This document shows positions 57,910-64,000 of a stretch of DNA of 64,000 bases, one piece after another; position 1 is the first letter of the stretch, and the number at the start of each line of letters is the position of its first letter. A program made the translations under genes and the position numbers. The notes under the pieces were generated by a model. The model searched no databases. It was not told the origin of the DNA and worked only from the letters and a program-made list of their open reading frames with translations. The DNA comes from Bacteroidota bacterium (GTDB lineage Bacteria; Bacteroidota; Bacteroidia; Cytophagales; UBA9547): positions 1-64,000 of the forward strand of contig RDZG01000057.1 in NCBI GenBank assembly GCA_004293915.1, given 5' to 3'.

Positions 57910-59520
57910 ATGACAAATAAAAACGCAATCGGAATTTTACTTTTAGTTTGGGCTATAGTAGAGCTTTTAATTTTTCCTATTGGCGAGTTTCCACTCAATG
58001 ACGATTGGTGCTATGCTATTCCTGTTAGAGATTTAATTAACGGAGAAAAACTTCGGATTGTAAATTGGGGATCGATGACGCTTCTCACTCAAATAGGTTG
58101 GGGATATTTATTTAGTACTATTTTTGGATTTTCATTTTTAACTTTACGCATTTCTGTAATTATTTTAGGAATTACAGGTGGAATATATTTATACTATTTG
58201 CTCGAAAAAAATACTAAAAATAACTATTTAGCACTCTTTTTGGCATTAGTTTATGTATTAAACCCACTGCATATTTCGCTAAGTAATACATTTATGACAG
58301 ATGTTCCGTTTTGTACTTTTTCAATAGTAAGTTTATTTTACATAAAAAAAATGTTTGATTCTGACTTTGATTTAAAATATGTGGTTTTAGTAAATATATT
58401 ACTTATTTAAACTATTTTACTTCGACAGCTAGGCTTGTTTATCTGCGTTGGAATATTTTGTACTTTGTTTTGGGCTAAAGACAAAAAACATGTTTTTTGT
58501 GCCGTTTTGCCATTGTTTTTGGGAATAATCACACTTAATTTATATGAACACTGGCTCGTAATTTCTGGAAATTCAATTAATAATTATTACAAAACTAAAA
58601 GCTTGATTGATGAAATATTTGGAAAAATTCCACAAATGTTTTACTAATTATTTCATCGTTTGGGTTTGAGTTTTCAATACGTTGGTATGGCACTTTTGCC
58701 CATTATATTGCCACAAGCTTATTCTTTTCTAAAAAACATTAAAAACGAAAAATGGAAAATAATTATCCCAATTTTTATTGTTTTTTTAATTCCTATCATA
58801 CGAGCAATTTCTGATTTCCCATATGGCAATGTGTTGATGACCAACGCTTTGGGTTCTAAAGTATTGTATGACATTTTTCTTTTTAAGTATTATGACACAC
58901 AAAATAATGCAATTTCAACCTTAGTTTTTAAATTTTTAGGATTTGTTGGAGGGATAAGTTTATTAATTTCACTCTTAAAATTATTTTTTTCGTCTGAAGC
59001 CAAAATCAAAAAAAATGAGCCGTTTGAAATAGTAATCATAGTTAGTATTTTGGCATATTTTGGTTTATTGGTTTCTGCACCAGCCTATTTCGATAGATAT
59101 TGTTTGCCCATGTTTTTTCTGTTTTTAATATTATTTTCTTTCAGAATAAATACAATTAATATATTGAAATACAATGCTTTAACAATACTATATTTGTTGA
59201 TTTTAAGTACATTTTCAATACTAACAACAATAGATTATTTCGAATGGAATCGAATTAAAAAACAAGCACACGATGAGGTTTTAAAAGCCGAAAAACTCAC
59301 TTTTGAGCAAATTCATGCTGGAATTGACTACACAATGTGGCTAACTTACAATCATAAATTTGCCTCAACTTGGGAGAAAAACTTTATTACTGGTAATCAA
59401 CCATATATTATTGCTTTTACAAAAAATATTTTTCCTTTTACTGTTTATAAAAGCTACCCATACAAAAGATTGTACTTGCCATCAAACGATACTATTTTTA
59501 TACTAAAACGAATAAATTAA
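57910..59520 (+). pseudogene. Polytopic membrane glycosyltransferase-like gene (GT39/GT83 ArnT-PMT-like) interrupted by two in-frame TAA codons
   Basis: Three consecutive ORFs all in the same frame (57910..58410, 58435..58647, 58660..59520). They are separated only by single TAA codons at 58408 and 58645. Hydrophobic profile is continuous across the stops. Confidence 0.4.
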
Positions 59521-59565
59521 TTGAGTTATGATTTTAAAAAATAGCTAAAAATAAAAGGCTTTATA

Positions 59566-59934
59566 TTAATGTGTACAAGTAATCTTTTTGCTTTCCAATA
59601 ACTTTTTATCAGCATAAACATTGCAAAAATAAATGCCAGCAGGAAGATTTTTTAATTCTATTCTATAAACGTTCATCGAACCAAATTGCGAAAGCTCAAC
59701 TCGCTCACGTTCTGTACCAATAATATCAAAAATACGCAATTCAGTTGGTTTCGTATTTATAGTAATAATTTCTAAGCTTATCCCTTCATGAAATGGATTT
59801 GGATAGGCTATAATTTCTACTTGTGGATTTGTAGTTGAAACCGTTAAAACATTTTTATAGTGCGAAACCGCAAAGGTATTTGTTGCGAATAAAAGGAAAA
59901 AAAGGAATAAATAAATCGATAAAATATACCTCAT
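59566..59934 (-). CDS. Small secreted protein with T9SS C-terminal sorting domain
   Basis: 122 aa with a signal peptide. CTD-like tail ...AYPNPF....YRIELKNLPAGIYFCNV.... Confidence 0.6.
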   Translation of the reverse strand: MRYILSIYLFLFFLLFATNTFAVSHYKNVLTVSTTNPQVEIIAYPNPFHEGISLEIITINTKPTELRIFDIIGTERERVELSQFGSMNVYRIELKNLPAGIYFCNVYADKKLLESKKITCTH

Positions 59935-59985
59935 GTTGCAAAGATAACAATTTATACGATAAATTCAGAAGAAACGTTTAAAAAG

Positions 59986-60065
59986 TGCGGCTGGAGGGAC
60001 TTGAACCCCCATGGTTGCCCGCTAGATCCTAAGTCTAGTGCGTCTGCCAATTTCGCCACAGCCGC
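59986..60065 (-). tRNA. tRNA-Leu (anticodon TAG)
   Basis: Reverse complement GCGGCTGTGGCGAAATTGGCAGACGCACTAGACTTAGGATCTAGCGGGCAACCATGGGGGTTCAAGTCCCTCCAGCCGCA. Cloverleaf with GGCGAAATTGGCAGACGC D-arm, anticodon loop CTTAGGA, long variable arm, TTCAAGT T-loop. Confidence 0.8.
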
Positions 60066-60070
60066 TTAAT

Positions 60071-60090
60071 TGGGAGTGCAAAAGTAGTGA
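60071..60090 (-). promoter_or_regulatory. Candidate tRNA-Leu promoter: TACTTTTG -7 element with CACTCCC extension
   Basis: Minus-strand ...AAGTTTTGTAATTCTGAAACTTTCACTACTTTTGCACTCCCAATTAA then the tRNA 5' end. TTTG at ~-33 and TAcTTTTG at -7 match the Bacteroidetes sigma-A consensus. Confidence 0.5.
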
Positions 60091-60269
60091 AAGTTTCAGA
60101 ATTACAAAACTTATATTTTGTTTTTTTAAAACTAGTGGCTATCAAGCAAATCAAATTGTAGAGCAATAAAACACACTTACAATTCAATTTTATAACATAC
60201 AAACCTTTTAAGACAGTATAATTTATATTGTTAATATCCCCATTTTTAAATCGTGGGTATATAAAATTA

Positions 60270-61451
60270 TTATTTAGTTTCAATTTTACTAAACTCACCT
60301 TCTAGATTAGCAACATTTGATGTAGCTATAAGTATGCGGTGCGGAACAGTTTCTTCAAATACAATTTCCACATTTTTTCCATCATTATTACCCGTAGTAA
60401 CTTTTGCTTTTCTAAATTTATAAACCCCAGTTGTATCTGAAATATTGGTATAGTATATAAAACTCTGTTCGGTTTGTTCAAAAATAGCTGTAAGCGGTAC
60501 GGTTTTTGACATTACTCCAGAATTTTTAGCTTTAATTTTTGCTGAAATTGCCATTTCGGGCATAATTAAAAATCCTTTTGGAGATTTAAAAACGGTATGC
60601 ATAATTACCGAACGTGTATCTTTATCTACAGTACGGGAAACTTTGTAAATCTTACCAGTTACAGCAGGAATAGATTTGTTAATAAACTGAATTTCAACAT
60701 CTTGGTTTTCGCCAACGATTGCCAAATCTTTTTCGTAACAAAAAATATCTGCATGCAATTCGGATAAATCTATGATTTCGGCAAGTACAGTAGCTGGTTC
60801 GGTGTTCATACCGACTTTGGTGTTGAGTTTAAAAACAAAACCATCAATTGGAGCTGTAATTATTTTAGTTGATGCAACTTTTGAAGTTAATGTGTTTTTA
60901 AAATCATCTGGATTTAAGCCTTGCAATTTCATGGTTTGTTCGAGTGATTTAAACGAAGCTACTGCGGTGAAATATTTATTTTCTGAAGTTTGCAAATCCA
61001 TTATTGAACCAACATTGTTTTTGCGAAGTTCAGATTGTCGTTCGTATTCTAACTGAAACAAATTTTTATTTGCCGAAGCATTCATAAAATCTTGCTGGAG
61101 CTGCACCAAAGCAGGACTGCTAACTAAAAACATTGGTTCGCCTTTTTTTACACTATTTCCTTCTAAAATATAAATTTTATCAACCATTCCCTCAATTCTT
61201 GCCGTAACGGATGCTTCGTGATTAGGTTTTGGTTTTATTAATCCATTGGTAATCAAGGTTGGAAAAATTAATTTTTCATCCAATGGCTGGATTTTTATGT
61301 CCATCAATTTTACCTGTTCTTTTGTTAAATTAATACTCGGAAAGCGAATGCCAGTTTCGGATGCTTTTACTTCTTTTTGTTCATGCTCGCTGCACGATAA
61401 AAGTATTGAGACACTAAAAATAGAAAATACTAAAGAAAATATTTTTGACAT
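60270..61451 (-). CDS. Efflux RND transporter periplasmic adaptor subunit (HlyD/MFP family)
   Basis: 393 aa. Lipoprotein-like signal (...LLSC). Biotinyl-like and beta-barrel MFP pattern. Confidence 0.75.
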   Translation of the reverse strand: MSKIFSLVFSIFSVSILLSCSEHEQKEVKASETGIRFPSINLTKEQVKLMDIKIQPLDEKLIFPTLITNGLIKPKPNHEASVTARIEGMVDKIYILEGNSVKKGEPMFLVSSPALVQLQQDFMNASANKNLFQLEYERQSELRKNNVGSIMDLQTSENKYFTAVASFKSLEQTMKLQGLNPDDFKNTLTSKVASTKIITAPIDGFVFKLNTKVGMNTEPATVLAEIIDLSELHADIFCYEKDLAIVGENQDVEIQFINKSIPAVTGKIYKVSRTVDKDTRSVIMHTVFKSPKGFLIMPEMAISAKIKAKNSGVMSKTVPLTAIFEQTEQSFIYYTNISDTTGVYKFRKAKVTTGNNDGKNVEIVFEETVPHRILIATSNVANLEGEFSKIETK

Positions 61452-61463
61452 TATTGTATAGAT

Positions 61464-64000
61464 TTAAAATGAAATTTTGAGTTTTCGGTCGTTAAAAACA
61501 ATATATAAAACAGGTAAAACAACTAAAGTAAGAATAGTAGCAGTAATTAATCCGCCAATCACAACGGTAGCCAAAGGTTTTTGAATTTCTGCACCAGCAC
61601 CATGCGAGATTGCCATTGGCAAAAAGCCTAAAGCAGCAGTGGCTGAGGTCATCAAAACTTGTCTGAATCTTTCTTTAATTGCGGTTTCAACACGGTCGTA
61701 AATATCATCCAATCCATGTCTACTTTGCATAGTTTTGAAATGTCCAATCAATAAAATACCATTTAAAACAGCAATTCCAAAAAGTGAAATAAACCCTATA
61801 CCAGCAGAAATACTAAACGACATATCTCGCATCACTAAGGCTATAATTCCACCAACTGCTGAAAGCGGTATCCCACTAAAAACCAATAAACTATCGCCAA
61901 AAGAGCCAAATGTGGCGTATAATAAACCAAAAATTATGAGTAAAGAAATAGGCAAAACAATTGACAATCTGGCTTTTGCACGTTGCAAATTCTCAAATGC
62001 TCCGCCATAATCTAAATGATAGCCATCGGGCAAAACTACTTCTTTTTCTATAATTTTTTGAGCCTCTGCAACTATACTTTCTATATCTCGTCCACGCACA
62101 TTGAAACCAACATTGAGTTTACGTTGTCCGTTTTCACGCGTGATTTCCGAAGCACCTTTTTCGATTCTAATGTCGGTAATTTCTCTAAGTGGAGTTAATT
62201 TTCCATTGCTACTAGTTACTTGCAAATCCAACACATCTTCTATGCCGTTTCTAGATTCTAAATCCATACGTACTGACAAATCAAAACGTTTTTCGCCTTC
62301 GTAAATTTTGCCAGCTTTTGTACCAGCAAATGCAGTTTGAATCAATTTATTTATGGTTTCGACCTGTATGCCATAATAGGCTAATTGCCTACGGTCGTAT
62401 TTAATCATGATTTGTGGTAAACCACTCAGTTTTTGAACCTGCACATCTGCTGAACCATCTAGTTTGCGTATTATTCCAGCAATTTGATTACCAGTTTTGG
62501 TTAATTTATCTAAATCATCACCAAAAACTTTGATTACCACATCCGTTTTTGCACCACTCAACATATCATTAAATCGATTTTCGATAGGTTGAGAAAACGA
62601 AAACACTAAACCCGGAAATTTTGAAAAATCTGACGAAAGCAGCACAGTAAGCTCATCTTTAGTTTTCGCTTTAGTCCATCCAGACTTTTCTTTTAAGGTG
62701 ATTATTAAATCAAAAGTTTCCATCGGAACTGGGTCAGTAGGTATTTCTGAAGTACCAATTTTACTCACTACATTCAAAATCTCATCAGGATATTTATTTT
62801 TAACTAAGTTTTCGAGTTTTTTAGCAAAAAGCACAGATTGTGATAAAGATGTACCAACAGGATTTCTAATTTCAATATTATAATCTCCTTCATCGAGTTT
62901 GGGTATAAACTCGCCACCCATTTTGTTGAAAAGCCAAAATGCTAAAAATAAAAGCATAAACGAAGATATTATGATTGAATATTTGAATCGAAAAGCAAAT
63001 TTTAGAATGGGTAAATAACCCATATATAATTTATCAACAAATTTATCAGAAAAGGTTTTATGATTAGGGTCGTGTGGTTTTAGCACCAAAGCACTCATCA
63101 TAGGCACATAAGTAAGTGCCAATAATATAGCACCACCAATAGCAAAACTTACGGCAATAGCCATAGGGCTAAACATTTTGCCTTCGATTCCGCTCAAAGT
63201 CATAATCGGAAAATACACAATCAAAATAATCAAACCGCCATAAACTACCGAACGCTTAACTTCTAATGTAGCTTGAAGCACTAATAAATCTTTTTGCTCT
63301 TGGTTGTTTGATTTTAGTTTCAAACCAGCAGCCAAAATCACAACTACACTTTCTACAACTATAATCGAAGGATCAACTGTAAGCCCAAAATCTATTGCCC
63401 CAAGCGACATTAGATTTCCACCAACACCAAAATAGTTCATCAAAATAATCATAAAAAATAAGGAAAGTGGGATTACCGAAGCAACTAATAAACTGGCTCT
63501 GATATCGCCTAAAAACAATAACACGACCAAAACCACAATTATAAATGCCTCGAACAGATTTTTGGCAACTGTTTTTATGGCTCTACCAACCAAAGCATCA
63601 CGATCTATAAATGGCTCTATAACAAGGTCTTCCGGTAAAAATTCTTTTATTTCTTCTAATCTCGCTTTGATATTTGCTACTACTTTGGATGCATTTTCGC
63701 CTTTTCGCATCAAAACAACTGCACCAACTACTTCGCCTTTGCCATTCATACTCATGGCTCCATAGCGAACCGAATAACCAAATTCTACATTTGCAACATC
63801 TCGAACAAAAACGGGCACACCATTATTTTGCTTGATTACTATGTTTTTAATATCATCTAAAGTTTGTGCCAAACCAATGCCTCGAATCAAATAGGCTGTA
63901 CCTTCTTTTTCGATATATGCCCCGCCTGTATTGCTGTTTCCACGTTCTAAAGCTAAAAAAAGCTCTTCCATGGTTACATTTGTGGTGAGCAAAAGTGCTG
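61464..64000 (-). CDS. Efflux RND transporter permease, CusA/CzcA heavy-metal-efflux family (partial, N-terminus beyond window)
   Basis: Over 842 aa in the window with multiple TM blocks. Typical HME-RND C-terminal half. The ORF is open to the window edge. Confidence 0.8.
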   Translation of the reverse strand, partial: ALLLTTNVTMEELFLALERGNSNTGGAYIEKEGTAYLIRGIGLAQTLDDIKNIVIKQNNGVPVFVRDVANVEFGYSVRYGAMSMNGKGEVVGAVVLMRKGENASKVVANIKARLEEIKEFLPEDLVIEPFIDRDALVGRAIKTVAKNLFEAFIIVVLVVLLFLGDIRASLLVASVIPLSLFFMIILMNYFGVGGNLMSLGAIDFGLTVDPSIIVVESVVVILAAGLKLKSNNQEQKDLLVLQATLEVKRSVVYGGLIILIVYFPIMTLSGIEGKMFSPMAIAVSFAIGGAILLALTYVPMMSALVLKPHDPNHKTFSDKFVDKLYMGYLPILKFAFRFKYSIIISSFMLLFLAFWLFNKMGGEFIPKLDEGDYNIEIRNPVGTSLSQSVLFAKKLENLVKNKYPDEILNVVSKIGTSEIPTDPVPMETFDLIITLKEKSGWTKAKTKDELTVLLSSDFSKFPGLVFSFSQPIENRFNDMLSGAKTDVVIKVFGDDLDKLTKTGNQIAGIIRKLDGSADVQVQKLSGLPQIMIKYDRRQLAYYGIQVETINKLIQTAFAGTKAGKIYEGEKRFDLSVRMDLESRNGIEDVLDLQVTSSNGKLTPLREITDIRIEKGASEITRENGQRKLNVGFNVRGRDIESIVAEAQKIIEKEVVLPDGYHLDYGGAFENLQRAKARLSIVLPISLLIIFGLLYATFGSFGDSLLVFSGIPLSAVGGIIALVMRDMSFSISAGIGFISLFGIAVLNGILLIGHFKTMQSRHGLDDIYDRVETAIKERFRQVLMTSATAALGFLPMAISHGAGAEIQKPLATVVIGGLITATILTLVVLPVLYIVFNDRKLKISF

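Noticed and set aside
57910-59520. Alternative genetic code (TAA reassigned) explaining the in-frame TAA codons
   Set aside because: Many confidently identified genes in the window, such as rarA, htpG and purL, terminate at TAA at the expected position, so TAA is a functional stop here.

Overview
This is a 64-kb, roughly 33% GC window that looks like a Bacteroidota chromosome of Flavobacteriia/Sphingobacteriia type. The evidence is a ruvA-sprA pair encoding a 2568-aa T9SS/gliding protein SprA, a T9SS C-terminal-domain protein, and Bacteroidetes-style TAnnTTTG promoters. Most of the window is a housekeeping backbone: rarA, purL, galE, htpG, tcdA, arsC, ruvA, sprA, an NrtA-type ABC transporter, alaS, aspC-like, aroA, tRNA-Leu(TAG) and a CzcBA-type RND pump. 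Interspersed are accessory or unusual parts: (1) a ~2.3-kb insertion between an NFACT/DUF814 gene and sprA, flanked by 45-bp direct repeats that duplicate the NFACT 3' end, carrying an unknown two-gene cassette (a 288-aa cytoplasmic protein plus a 4-TM protein); (2) a family of ~100-bp two-hairpin structured repeats that flank both that cassette and a second cassette next to alaS, which carries a DUF2806/Abi-alpha-like gene, with compensatory stem changes between copies; (3) a GmrSD-like DUF262-DUF1524 gene plus a frameshifted GNAT gene downstream of alaS; (4) a GC-rich palindromic MITE-like element inserted in-frame into purL, with a second copy in an intergenic region; (5) two separate 21-bp-periodic tandem repeat arrays; (6) a HAMP-GAF/REC/HAMP-GAF signalling cluster with no kinase output; (7) a PIN toxin-antitoxin pair abutting purL; (8) a glycosyltransferase-like membrane gene broken by two in-frame TAA codons; (9) an extended TTTGCACTCCC promoter motif shared by alaS, aspC, aroA and tRNA-Leu. 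Every call rests on reading the sequence and on remembered family signatures; no database search was possible.
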